Part shown: piece by piece, positions 28,020 through 42,365 of the stretch | Layout of the letters: the number at the start of each line of letters is the position of its first letter | How positions within the stretch are numbered: position 1 is the stretch's first letter | Assembly: GCA_951406725.2 (NCBI GenBank) | Contig: OX597842.1 | Location: forward strand, 33,232,001 to 33,296,000 | Length of the DNA: 64,000 nucleotides | Direction: 5' to 3' | Source: Octopus vulgaris | Taxonomy: Eukaryota | The notes under the pieces: model-generated | What the model was told of the DNA's origin: nothing | Database searches by the model: none | Seen by the model: only the letters and a program-made list of their open reading frames with translations | Made by a program: the position numbers and the translations under genes

Positions 28020-28626
28020 TTGTAGCTAACCATTCATGTTTACATACATATACGCATATATGTATGCCACCATGCATCGATATATATTATACGCATACAT
28101 ACATATGAATATAGACATTTTGTGCACATAACGCCACACACCCATCCATACGTATACATACATATTTCGTACATGTATACACATACTATCAGCCATTTGT
28201 GCTCGCATATAAGCAAAAGTACATGGATGTATTCGCACTCATGCATTCATCTAAACACATACACATATGTATGTATATATATGTGTATGTAAGGAATATG
28301 TGTGCATGTATATATATATATGTCTGTATATGTGTGCATGTATGTATGTATGTTTATGCGTGTACGTATGTATGTATATATGTGTGTATGAATGTATGCA
28401 CGTATGTATATTTGTATATATATATATATATGTTTATATATATGTACGTATATATATATATATGTATGTATATATATATATACGTATGTACATGTATGTA
28501 TATATGTATATATATATATGTGTATAATATTGATGCACACATAAGATACACGTATACAAATCTGTATACATACACACACCTCCAAATACACATTACGTTT
28601 GCGTACACACAGAAAAACACGCATAT

Positions 28627-28673
<47 letters not shown>

Positions 28674-28678
<5 letters not shown>

Positions 28679-28876
28679 TATAATAAAGGGTTAATTGCAA
28701 CAAATTGCTCAAAACCACATACCGAAAATATTAGAAATGGCAGCCAAATTCTGTTTGTTTGTGGAGACTTTTTTTACTAGTAGGAGAAATGATGATCTAT
28801 TTGGCTGCCATTTCTAATATTTTCGGTATGTGGTTTTGAGCAACTTGTTGCAATTAACCCTGTATTATAATTAATA
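28674..28876. repeat. Inverted repeat with about 75-bp arms and about 50-bp spacer
   Basis: gggttaattgcaacaaattgctcaaaaccacataccgaaaatattagaaatggcagccaaat is mirrored by atttggctgccatttctaatattttcggtatgtggttttgagcaacttgttgcaattaaccc. Confidence 0.9.
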
Positions 28877-28999
28877 TAATCCTTACCAAATATGGTCTTT
28901 TCCATGCCGATAAAACTACTATGTGAAATTTATTAATTTTATTCAATTAATTATATTTCACCCTTTTTGTATATATATATATATACTTTTTTACATTTT

Positions 29000-29397
29000 T
29001 TTTTACTTGTTTCAGTCATTTGACTGCGGCCATGCTGGAGCACCGCCTTTTAATCGAGCAACTCGACTCCGGGACTTATTCTTTGTAAGCCCAGTACTTA
29101 TTCTATCGGTCTCTTTTGCAGAACCGCTAAGTGACGGGGACATAAACACACCAGCATCGGTTGTCAAGCAATGCTAGGGGGACAAACACAAACATACACG
29201 CACACATATATATACATATATATATATACATATATACGACGGGCTTCTTTCAGTTTCCGTCTACCAAATCCACTCACAAGGCATTGGTCGGCCCGAGGCT
29301 ATAGCAGAAGACACTTGCCCAAGGTGCCACGCAGTGGGACTGAACCCGGAACCATGTGGTTGGTAAACAAGCTACTTACCACACAGCCACTCCTGCG

Positions 29398-29402
<5 letters not shown>
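29000..29402 (-). mobile_element. SINE family A, full length (Pax6 last intron)
   Basis: Near-identical to the 1543-1946 copy. Confidence 0.88.
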
Positions 29403-29470
<68 letters not shown>

Positions 29471-29471
29471 G

Positions 29472-29524
29472 GAGCTTCTACAGGACTAGAACTGTTTCAT
29501 TCAAGAGAAATCTTCAGGAAGCTC
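29472..29524 (-). ncRNA. Type I hammerhead ribozyme motif, sense to Pax6, in the last intron
   Basis: GAGCTTC-CTGAAGA-TTTC TCTT GAAT-GAAA-CAG TTCTAGTC CTG-TA-GAAGCTC. 7-bp stem I, 4-bp stem III, GUA site. Confidence 0.72.
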
Positions 29525-29639
29525 TTGAATGAAACAGTTCTAGTCCTGTAGAAGCTCCTTCTATATAATAAATTAATTTTACTCTGCTATGTATTGAGTA
29601 CCTTATTTACTGTGGTTAACCCCGAATCAACCCGGGACC

Positions 29640-29715
<76 letters not shown>

Positions 29716-29841
29716 TAGAGAAGTACATACATACACATCGATGCATTCACCCTGTGCAAAGGCATACGTACACACATAACTATATTCGATGCATCTACAC
29801 GAAATACAGAAATCCACCGCCAGTCGTTGAGTGCCAATTAC

Positions 29842-29970
29842 CTGTCGAAGCTCCGTTGGTGGAATGCGAGGTCATGTGCGATTGCATCCCTGCGGCTGGA
29901 TTGCAAGACGACCGCGAGTAGTTACTTAACGTGAGGGGGTCGTAACTTCTGGCCGTTCCTGATACATAAT
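29842..29970 (-). CDS. Pax6: Pax6 PST-domain exon (129 nt, phase 1 to 1): (D)YVSGTARSYDPLTLSNYSRSSCNPAAGMQSHMTSHSTNGAST(G)
   Basis: ttatttatatcttgcag|ATTATG...TCGACAG|gtaatt. Lies within ORF 29795..29998 and joins in frame to [10 protein letters not shown]. Confidence 0.93.
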
Positions 29971-30271
29971 CTGCAAGATATAAATAAGGAAATTCCAACG
30001 GTAAACAGCTTGGTGGGCGAAGAGCACAAAAAGGTTAAAAAAAAAATCTGTCTTGAGGACTTCATGCAAAGTAGATATACAGCAAATATATTTATATATA
30101 TATAAAATTAGAAATATGAGCATAATGAAATACTCATATCTACATGGCTGAAACAGCTGTAAGATGTAGTTTATATTTATATTTATTCATACATATTATA
30201 TATTATGTGTATGTACCCATTCTTGTATGGGTGTACCTTCTCTGATAACCATATTTAGATTGTACTTTATA

Positions 30272-30398
30272 ATCTCTGAAGAGGCTTTGGGATATATTTG
30301 TATGTGTCTCATTTATAACCACATATTAACTTATCACACCTGGCTAATATGAGCATAATGAGATACTCATATCTACATGGCTGAAACAGCTGTAAGAT
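30272..30398 (+). ncRNA. Type I hammerhead ribozyme motif with a long stem II (Penelope-type)
   Basis: ATCT-CTGAAGA-GGCTTTGGGATAT...ATATCTACATGGCT-GAAA-C AGCT G-TA-AGAT, with a palindromic stem III loop. A partial tandem copy sits at about 30113-30190. Confidence 0.7.
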
Positions 30399-30846
30399 GT
30401 AGTTTATATTTATATTTATATTTATTTATACATATTGTACTTATTGTATCATATTACTCATTGATGTGCACTGTTTTGTTCTGTACTATTATGTTTGACC
30501 TTGATGTTCATATGTAACTGGCTAATAAATTATATGAATGGTTATTATGTGGTAGTTGATTATTGATTTAGGTGTATTTCTCCATTTTCTTATTTTGTAT
30601 ATATATATATATATATATTTATAAGTAAGGACAAGGAAAAATATTCAAATGCCAAAATATGCTGAAAATAGACATGACGCCAATAACCATGTAATTTATC
30701 ACTACAAGCACGCATTTCTAAAAAAATCCCGTTATTACCATATCGGACCCGATTTCAGAGTTAGTTCATTAGAACCTTCCCTTTCGAGTATGTTGGCCAT
30801 TGATTGATTTTTTTCGAAAAATTTTAACCTACATTAGATGTTAATG

Positions 30847-30879
<33 letters not shown>

Positions 30880-32058
30880 CACACATAGGTGTGGTAGAGA
30901 GCCCTAATCTTCTAGAAACTTAAAAGGCGCAATTTACAGCGCAAAATTTCTATACAGCCAAAAGTCCGGCTGTGACTAATTCAACTTTTATTCAGGCATA
31001 GTGTATCTAGTACTACATTATCTAATGTATAGTATAGTAGTAGGTATTTGTGGCTATAATTATTGTTGTTTAACCCCAGGTAAGTCCTGATCCAGGCAGA
31101 CCTATGATCAAAAATGTTCCAGCTGTGACCATCACATCTTTTATTCAGGCATAGTGTATCTAGGACTACTTTATCTAATGTATAGTATACTTGTTAGTAT
31201 TAGTTGATGACATCAGGTCGCCCAAAATGGTGAATGTATTTTAATCGATACACTAATACAGATATACCTAAAGTCCAGATAGAATACTTCGAAGTCACTT
31301 TCAACATTCTTCTTGAAAAATTATATATACATGTGTGTGTGTGTGTGTATGTTTGTGAATATTTGTTAGTGTGTGTTTGTTTGTGTGCATGTATGTTTGT
31401 GTATATTTGTGTGTGTATGTATGTTTGTGCGTGTGTGCACATGTATATTTCTGTGTGTATGTATGTGCATGTGTATGTACATGTATGTGTATGCCTGTTT
31501 GTATGTGTGTGAATGCGTATCCAACCATGTGTGTGTGTGTGTGTGTGTGTCTCTGCATGTATGTATGTTTGTGACGGCATATATACACATTTGTGCACCT
31601 GTGTATATCTGGTGTTTATGCATCTATACTTTTATGCATGTTTGCGTGCGTGCATCTGTCTTTGTGCATGCACCCTTCTTTATGTATGTATGTATGTATG
31701 CATGTATGTGTGTGTGTATGTATGTACGCGTGTAATGTATGTATGTGTGTATGGATGTGTATATGTATGCATGTATGTGTGTGTATGCATGTATGTATGC
31801 ATGTATGTATGCATGTGTGTATGTATGTGTGTATGTATGTATATTTGTGTGTCACGTGCCTGTGTCTGTTCTATATTGCAACTATTTCTTTCTCAAAAAC
31901 TCACAGATCCTAGAAATACCAAAGAACCAGACAGCAAAGACAGCATAAATTTAATTTTCGGTACTTTACGCTTTAAATGGTTCTATTAGACACGGATTGA
32001 AATAATTAACGCACACACAAATATAACGGGAAATATACATAAGTAAATATATAGATGG

Positions 32059-32096
<38 letters not shown>

Positions 32097-32111
32097 GCAA
32101 ATGTATCGATG

Positions 32112-32151
<40 letters not shown>

Positions 32152-32411
32152 TAACTGTGTAGATGTTAGAAAATATATAAATATATATATATGTTAGAAT
32201 ATATAGAGAAATAAATATACAGATATTGAAATATATATAAATATATAGATGTTACAATGTATATATAAGTATGTAGAAATATATAAAGATAGATATATAT
32301 ATATATATATATATATACATTCACACCTGTTAAAATGTATATATAAATATGTTGAAATACATATATATAAATATATAGATGATAAAATGTATATATAAAT
32401 ATGTTGAAATC

Positions 32412-32446
<35 letters not shown>

Positions 32447-33264
32447 TGAAATACATATATATAAATATATAGATGATAAAATGTATATATAAATATGTTG
32501 AAATCTATATAAATATATATATATATTAAAATGTATATATAAATATGTTGAAATCTATATAAATATATATATATATTAAAATGTATATATAAATATGTTG
32601 AAATACATATATATAAATATATAGATGTTAAAATGTATATATAAATATGTTGAAATCTCTATAAATATATATATATATATATTAAAATGTATATATAAAT
32701 ATGTTGAAATACATATATATAAATATATAGATGATGAAATGTATATATAAATATGTTGAAATCTCTATAAATATATATATATATATATTAAAATGTATAT
32801 ATAAATATGTTGAAATACATATATATAAATATATAGATGATGAAATGTATATATAAATATGTTGAAATGTATATATATATATATATATATATGTACACAC
32901 ACACACATATATACACACACATGTTAAAATGTATATATAAATATATAAAGATGTTAAAATATATCAATGCAAGTGTAGTGTGTGTTTGTACATACGCATT
33001 CATACTTTCACACACGCTTATGAATATGTGTATCTGTGTGTGTGTGTGTGTGTGTGTGTGTACGTGTGTTAGTTTGCGTATGTAGGTTTGTGTATTTATA
33101 TGTATTCGTGTTTATGTACGTTTCCTTGTAGCACACATTTAAGCGCTGCGTTTAAATGGAAGGCAAAAAGGAAAAACACTGTCGCCAATCGATCACGTGA
33201 TTAAATTTCTCCTACATCACTTACATACGCTCACATCAATATATTAATAGACATACACAAACGC

Positions 33265-33321
<57 letters not shown>

Positions 33322-33468
33322 CACACACACACCTACACATAGACAACTATCTACTCACGTACGGGCGTATACGCACATAATTTCGCTCATATATATACAT
33401 ATATCTACATATATATATATATACATACTTGCACTCAAAAGTACACACTCCTCTCTGTCTCTGTTCTG

Positions 33469-33516
<48 letters not shown>

Positions 33517-35247
33517 ATACTCCAAAACACGGTTAATATAAAGCCCTCCCCACTACCGTTCAAACTACACAGCAGACATCAAATCACTTAAAAAGCGTTT
33601 AAATATATTTTACAAAGAATGACAAAAATAAATAATTGTTTAAAATGGATTTTAAACAATCAGAAATTATCAAATAAATTGTAGATATATATTTATTTAT
33701 ATATATATATATATATATTTTGCAGTATATTTATTTAAAAATAGAAATATATTGTGATGCGGTGGTTGGATTACAGAAGGATTAACTGATGTTGTTTAAA
33801 CAGTATTCTATTTGAGAGAATACAGATAGGGGAATGAGGTGGTTTATTTGGTTATTTTCGTGTGTTTAAGAGTGTTATCTTTTATTTGTAGTCAGGAGTT
33901 GTAGTGCAACGGTGGTGTTGGAAAAGTATGAGATGGAAGTGGATAGATCGTGAGGGAAATATACAGGAAAAAAAAGAGGGATGTATAGCGAAGAGGGCTC
34001 ACCGAGCCTGCAATATCTGTATTGTAGTAGTAGTAGTATTGGTATAATTATAATGAACTGTTTCAAATTTTGGCAAAGGCCAGCAATTCTAGGATTAGTA
34101 GGTTAGTCGATTATATCGAAACCAGTATTCTGCTGGTACGTAATTTTATAGACTCCGAAAGAGTGAAACGCAAAGGTGATCTCAAGCAGACTATGAACTG
34201 AGAACGTAAAACCGGAAGAAACGACTGCTAAGCTTTACCAGCGTGTAAACGATTCAGCAAATTTACCGCCTAAATAATAATAATAATAATCCTTTTTACT
34301 ATAAGCACAAGGCCTGAAATATGGGGAGAGAGCCGATAGTCGATTACAACGACCCCAGTACACAACTGGTACTTTTTATCGACCCCCAAAATATGAATGG
34401 CAAAGTCAACCGCGGCGGAATAAATAATAATAATGATAATAGTAATCGTTTATTATTTTGAGGAGGGTTTTGGTGGAATTAGATATATATGAGCTTTCCA
34501 CCCTTTGTCCAGGATGGCCAGGATGCGAAAAAGTTTCTCTTGAAAAGTTACCGTTCTCAGGGCTGAAGATTTATGCTAAAATGTGAGGCCGATTTAGGAT
34601 GATAATTCTGATTCCTTTAGAATATTGGCAATGTTTAAGAGCTAGCCACTGTTTAAGAGCTTTTTGCTAAATCTTTTAGGTGGCTATGCGGTAAGTTTAA
34701 TGTTAGTCTACTATCATAATTCCATTGATATATACGATATTTTAAAGGAAAGGTAAAGTTAGTGTTAGTCTTCTATTATAATTTCATTGACATCTTGGAT
34801 GTTTTCTAGGAATATTAAATCTACCCCAGTATATCACTGCTACTTTATTTTATCACACACACCTACAATAGAAACTATCTACTCACGTATATACACATAA
34901 TTTCTCATATATATACATATATCTACATATATATATATACATACGAATCAAAAGTACACATCTCTGTCTCTCTGTCTCTGTTTATGTATGCCTATATACA
35001 TATATTATATAATTGCAAATATATATATTACGTAAAACACGTGTATATATTTATACATACACAAAGCTATATATATATACTTACGTATAAATTTACACAC
35101 ACACATAAATATACACGCGTGTGTATTATATATAAATACACATATACAAATATATCTAATATATATATATATATTATACAAATATATATGTATATATATA
35201 TTATATATACAAATATATATGTATGTATATATATATTATATATACAA

Positions 35248-35278
<31 letters not shown>

Positions 35279-36960
35279 ATATTATATATACAAATATATA
35301 TGTATGTATATAATATACATGTATATGCATCTATATGCATTTATATATAATTACATATTCAGCATATATATAAATATACTTATAAGAAAATAATAATAAT
35401 GATAATAATAACATTAATAATATAACGTTAATAATATAAATATATAATATTAAAATTAACTGTATAAATGATATAAACTAAATAAATTGAAAATATGAGA
35501 TATGATAAATAAGTAAAATAATAACAAAAAAAGAATGTATAGCGAAGATCACGAGCCTGCAATATCTGTATTGTAGTAGTAGTAGTATTGGTATAATTAT
35601 AATGAACTGTTTCAAATTTTGGCAGAAGGCCAGCAATTCTAGGATTAGTAGGTTAGTCGATTATATCGAAACCAGTATTCTGCTGGTACGTAATTTTATA
35701 GACTCCGAAAGAGTGAAACGCAAAGGTGATCTCGGCAGACTATGAACTGAGAACGTAAAGTTTGTACTGAAATGTATAGAAACGTTGTCGTTAGAGGCGG
35801 CATTTACAGAGATGACGTGTTAGAGGAGGTATTTACAGAGATGATGGTTTTAAATTGCTGTTTATTTATTTATTTACTACCCACAAGGAGCTAAACACAG
35901 AGGGGACAAACAAGGACAGACAAACGGATTAAGTCGATTATATCGACCCCAGTGCGTAACTGGTACTTAATTTATAGAACCCGAAAGGATGACAGGCAAA
36001 GTCGACCTCGGCGGAATCTGAACTCAGAACGTATCGGCAGACGAAATACGGCTACGCATCTCGCCCGGCGTGCTAACGTTTCTGCCAGCTCTTATTGTAA
36101 TCTTTTAGAGATGCTGATGTTATTTTGGGCTGTATTTTTTGATAGTAACAATTTTATAAGTCATGGTGTTGTTTGTGGCAGTTACATTGGTGATAAGGAT
36201 GTCGTTGTTGTGTGTACAGGTATTTATAGAGATGATGGTTGTGGGCGTGATATTTGTAAAGGTCTATAAAGAAATGGTGTTGCTGGACTTGTTCTTACTG
36301 GTGGTGGTAAATATAGAGCTGATAGTGTTGGTGTTGCATTTTTGCTGTTTAGCTCTGATTTTAGTTTGTTTGTAGGGTTTTCTGTTGAATGTCTTTTGTT
36401 TTAAGTTGTTGCTATTTTGATTATGCTCAGATCCATATCGATCGAGCAGACCTTATTATCAAGGGTATTTTAATCAAGACTACCTCACTTTTTTTCTATT
36501 TTATCAACCCCACAATGATGTAAGGTAAAGTTAGTGTTCATCTATTATAATTCCATTGACATCTTGGATGTTTTATAGGAATATTAAATCTACCCCAGTA
36601 TATCACTGGTATTTTGAGTACTCTCTGTTTTGGTATCGTAGAATTATCGTTATCTCGAAGGTGAATCTACTTTTATGAAATGTTTTCAGTAGTATGCCTG
36701 GATATACATCAAATATTTAAATTGACATAAAAATATGTATGTTAGAGCGTAAAACACGTGTATATATTTATACATACACAAAGCTATATATATATACTTA
36801 CGTATAAATTTACACACACACATAAATATACACGCGTGTGTATTATATATAAATACACATATACAAATATATCTAATATATATATATATATTATACAAAT
36901 ATATATGTATATATATATTATATATACAAATATATATGTATGTATATATATATTATATAT

Positions 36961-36997
<37 letters not shown>

Positions 36998-38697
36998 TAT
37001 ATATACAAATATATATGTATGTATATATATACATAATATACATGTATATGCATCTATATGCATTTATATATAATTACATATTCACATATATATAAATATA
37101 CTTATAAGAAAATAATAATAATGATAATAAAAATAACATTAATAATATAAAATATATAAAAAAAATAAAATTTAAAATTAAACGATAATACTAATATTAA
37201 TTAACTAAATAAATAAATGATAAATAAATAAATAAATATGAAATACTCAAAATAAGTAAAATAATAATCAATAATAACAATAGAACACGAGAGATAGATA
37301 GATAGACAGGTAGGCATATGTATAGGTAGGGATAGATTGATGGATGGATGGATGGATGGATAGCTGGATAGGCAGATAGATAGATGAATAGAGATAGATA
37401 GATAGGTAAATAGATAGATATGCAAACAGATAGAGTGAGAGAGGTGAGTGAGTAAGTGGAAGATTGCTAAGCGGAAAGACACAGATAACTAGAAAAATGG
37501 GTTTTACACGTTGCTGTTTATTAAAAAGAGTAATTTGTTGGCAACTCGTGTTTTGACGGCTGAGAGCAACACCGGCAACCACTAAGAGAGAGTTCGGATG
37601 AGCAAAACAGTTCTTCTGGCCGCCATATATACATACGCAGAAGTGAATATAAATTCACACATACACTTGCGTCAGAAATTAATTAAGTCGATTATATCGA
37701 CCCCAGTGCGTAACTGGTACTTAATTTATAGAACCCGAAAGGATGACAGGCAAAGTCGACCTCGGCGGAATCTGAACTCAGAACGTATCGGCAGACGAAA
37801 TACGGCTACGCATCTCGCCCGGCGTGCTAACGTTTCTGCCAGCTCTTATTGTAATCTTTTAGAGATGCTGATGTTATTTTGGGCTGTATTTTTTGATAGT
37901 AACAATTTTATAAGTCATGGTGTTGTTTGTGGCAGTTACATTGGTGATAAGGATGTCGTTGTTGTGTGTACAGGTATTTATAGAGATGATGGTTGTGGGC
38001 GTGATATTTGTAGGTCTATAAAGAAATGGGTGCTATTGTTCTTACGGTAGTGTATAAATATGATCATACATATTATTTATACACACAGATGGATCTGATT
38101 TTAGTTTGTTTGTAGGGTTTTCTGTTGAATGTCTTTTGTTTTAAGTTGTTGCTATTTTGATTATGCTCAGATCCATATCGATCGAGCAGACCTTATTATC
38201 GATATACGCTCGCATATAGACACACAGAAACAAATAACACAACTGGTTATTTTCGCAGATGATGGGTTGTAATCTGAACAAAATTTAACTGTTTGCTGAG
38301 TAATTAGTTATTTTACTAGTACGACTGGTTTTAATAAGTTAAGATTCATTTTGGATAGTGGCTTCTATAGAGATGATGGATATATTCGCTTTGATATTGT
38401 CTTTCAGTAGTTGCTGGATCTCATTTTTCATGTTGGGGGAAATGGTAAAGGATGTCTTGGTATTGAGGAGTTATAATACAGTTGTTAGTGGTGTTGGTCA
38501 GCGTTGGACTTTATTTTCCTAAGAACTTTTACCATTTTAACATATCCGACGAAATCAATGTAAAGACAGAAAAATGAGTGTATTCAGGAGTAGAGATGTA
38601 TATGTATACTGTATATGCATACATACATACATACATACATACATACATACATACATACATACATACATACATACATACACACAAATACATACATACA

Positions 38698-38731
<34 letters not shown>

Positions 38732-38736
38732 CATTC

Positions 38737-38806
<70 letters not shown>

Positions 38807-38949
38807 TCAGAGATGATGGCGTAGAAGCACACATGCATTACACAGCCATATACAAATACAGGTACATGCACACATATCCATGAGAGAGTGAGTGTGGGAG
38901 ATAGAAGACTGATAAAAAGGCAGATAGATAGATAGATTAATAGACAGAG

Positions 38950-39031
<82 letters not shown>

Positions 39032-39457
39032 GCAAATAGTTAGATAGATATATTGATAGAAAGATAGATAGATTGATAGACAGAGAGATAGATAGATAGA
39101 CAGGTAGGCATATGTATAGGTAGGGATAGATTGATGGATGGATGGATGGATGGATAGCTGGATAGGCAGATAGATAGATGAATAGAGATAGATAGATAGG
39201 TAAATAGATAGATATGCAAACAGATAGAGTGAGAGAGGTGAGTGAGTAAGTGGAAGATTGCTAAGCGGAAAGACACAGATAACTAGAAAAATGGGTTTTA
39301 CACGTTGCTGTTTATTAAAAAGAGTAATTTGTTGGCAACTCGTGTTTTGACGGCTGAGAGCAACACCGGCAACCACTAAGAGAGAGTTCGGATGAGCAAA
39401 ACAGTTCTTCTGGCCGCCATATATACATACGCAGAAGTGAATATAAATTCACACATA

Positions 39458-39837
39458 CACTTGCGTCAGAAATTAATTAGCATTTCTCAAATTTCTACAT
39501 TAAATAAGTTAAATCAATTAACCTATGAGCTGTTCAAAACGTCTTACGCGATGAGAAAACTTAGTATGGTGTGATTTCGGTCCTTGCGAGGCGCTACCTA
39601 TATCTATTAAACAAAGGAAGATTTGTCTGCATCCGCACTCCAAGTTGTTGTTGCACTGCTATGTCAACATCATAAGGCTGTAGACTCTCAAACTGCTCTG
39701 CAAACAAAGTTACGTCATCGTTCTGCGCAACAGTGAACTCGCAACAAAGCAATAGTTCGAGATATGGCCACTAGGTGACAGCACATACCTTGAGTGAAGA
39801 GCAAATCAAGGGTGCTAATTAATTTCTGACGGTAGTG
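39458..39837. mobile_element. Tc1/mariner-type MITE
   Basis: TA|CACTTGCGTCAGAAATTAATTAGCA ... TGCTAATTAATTTCTGACGGTAGTG|TA, about 25-bp TIR with a TA target site. Confidence 0.8.
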
Positions 39838-40641
39838 TATATACACCTATGATCATACATATTATTTATACACACAGATGGATCTAAATATATGTGAGTG
39901 CATACGTTTGCAATAGTTTTTTTCTAAATTTTTAGTTCGACTTAAGTGGAATATTTTCTTATACATATAATATATATACATACATATCGATATACGCTCG
40001 CATATAGACACACGCATATACACACACATGTATAGAGAAGGAGCGAGCGAGATTAGATAGGTAGATAGATCGATAAGCACATGTACACATGCTCATAAAC
40101 ATGTATGCTTAGGTAGCTACTTGCATATTTACATAGACAGAAGAATGAATATGTTTGTCTACATGCGCATGTGGGAACAGACAGACAGACAAACACATTG
40201 CACATCCATCTAGGAAACCAACCAGATACACGTAGATTGACAGCTATATATATAAACACAAGTATATATATATATATATATATGTATATGTAAATACTTA
40301 TACATACATACATACATACATACATACATAAATACATGCATATAAAAACACTTCTACAGATATATATAAACCCCGACTCAACCCGGGACCTACATATATA
40401 TATATATATATTTTTTTTTTGTACTTGTTTCAGTCATTTGACTGCGGCCATGCTGGAGCACCGCCTTTAGAGTGGTGAAAGAGTACAGCAGGGATCACCA
40501 CCTCCTGCCGGAGCCTCGTGGAGCTTTTAGGTGTTTTTTTCGCTCAATAAACACACACAACGCCCGGTCTGTGAATCGAAACCGCGATCCTCCGACCGCA
40601 AGTCCGCTGCCTTAACCACTAGGCCATTGCGCCTCCACTCC

Positions 40642-40716
<75 letters not shown>

Positions 40717-40800
40717 AAACCACTTCTACATATACATTTGTATACACATAAACTTTTATACTCATTTATGCATACATGCGTACATAATATATATGTATAA

Positions 40801-41185
40801 CTAGCAGTATCGCCCGGCGTTGCTCAGGTTTGTAAGGGAAATAACTATAAAGCATTTTTAGAGAGTTATAGCCAAAAAATAGCAAAAAAATGGGAAAAAA
40901 ATGATGGTAAATTTTTTTCGAGAGTTAAAAAAGGTCGAGTTGCGTCCCCTAGACAGTCTGTGGTTTGTGTTTCTGATTCTCGACCCCATGTCGAATTTAT
41001 CGATTTTTTTCAGAACTGGGGGAACTTTTCAAAATTTTCGCTGCGTTAGTTTTGAATTATGACATTGGGCTATGTGTGTGTCAAGTTTCATCAGAATCGG
41101 TTGAAAGCCGTGGTCAGGGTGAGGGTGCAACCAAACAGACACACAGAAACACACACAGACAAACTGCCGTTTATATATAGAGAGA
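40801..41185 (-). mobile_element. Non-autonomous Helitron
   Basis: Reverse complement of the same 3' hairpin and CTAG end. Internal sequence shared with the 51141 copy. Confidence 0.85.
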
Positions 41186-41267
41186 TATAGATAACTTTCT
41201 CTCTCTCTCAATATATATGTATATACACACACATTTATATACATATATATTTTTAGAAGCATACATG

Positions 41268-41308
<41 letters not shown>

Positions 41309-41616
41309 CACACACAAACACACACACACATAGTCATACACACCTTTTCATAGCATAGAATGAGTCATTTTTCCTAGGAGAGACACAATATATCGGCAAT
41401 GGGTGTATAATGTATAATGTATATATCGGTGTGTATATGAATTTTTTGGCTCAACATAATTATCACAGATAGTCAAACATTTACTCTGGAAGTAATAAGT
41501 GGGAGACAAAAAAAATTACTAATTGCCATCACGTGACCATCTAGTGCCATCTTCGAAGTACAATATTTGAGGTACGATGCACTTGATATTGGAAAAACCT
41601 ACATACATACATAGTA

Positions 41617-41704
<88 letters not shown>

Positions 41705-41768
41705 CATACATACACGATCCGTGACAAAATTCATTTATAAGTTATATGTATATACGAGTGTGTGTGTG

Positions 41769-41818
<50 letters not shown>

Positions 41819-41924
41819 CACACAGAGACAGTAAATACGTGCAAGTATGTATATCTCCGAATCACTATATATAGATTGCTCCCGTTAAGAAATTGAGAGA
41901 TTTATAAACGCACGTGTATGCATG

Positions 41925-42027
<103 letters not shown>

Positions 42028-42029
42028 TT

Positions 42030-42365
42030 TTTGTTTCAGTCGTTGTGACTGCGGCCATGTTAGAGCACCGCCTTTAGGCGAACAAATCGATCCCAGGACT
42101 TATTCTTTGTAATCCTTGTACTCATTCTATCCAACTCTTTTGCCGAACTACTAAGTAACGGGGACGTAAATACACCAACATCGGTTGTCAAACGATGGTG
42201 GGGTACAAGCACACACACAAAAACATACTTACATACATACATACATACATAGACACACGACAGGCTTCTTTCAGTTTCCGTCTACTAAATCTACTCACAT
42301 GACTTTGGTCGGCTCGAGGCTATAGTAGAAGACACCTTCCCAAGGTTCCACGCAGTAGAACCACG
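42030..42365 (-). mobile_element. SINE family A (diverged), abutting a SINE B head at 42375-42497
   Basis: Similarity to the other copies. Confidence 0.8.
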
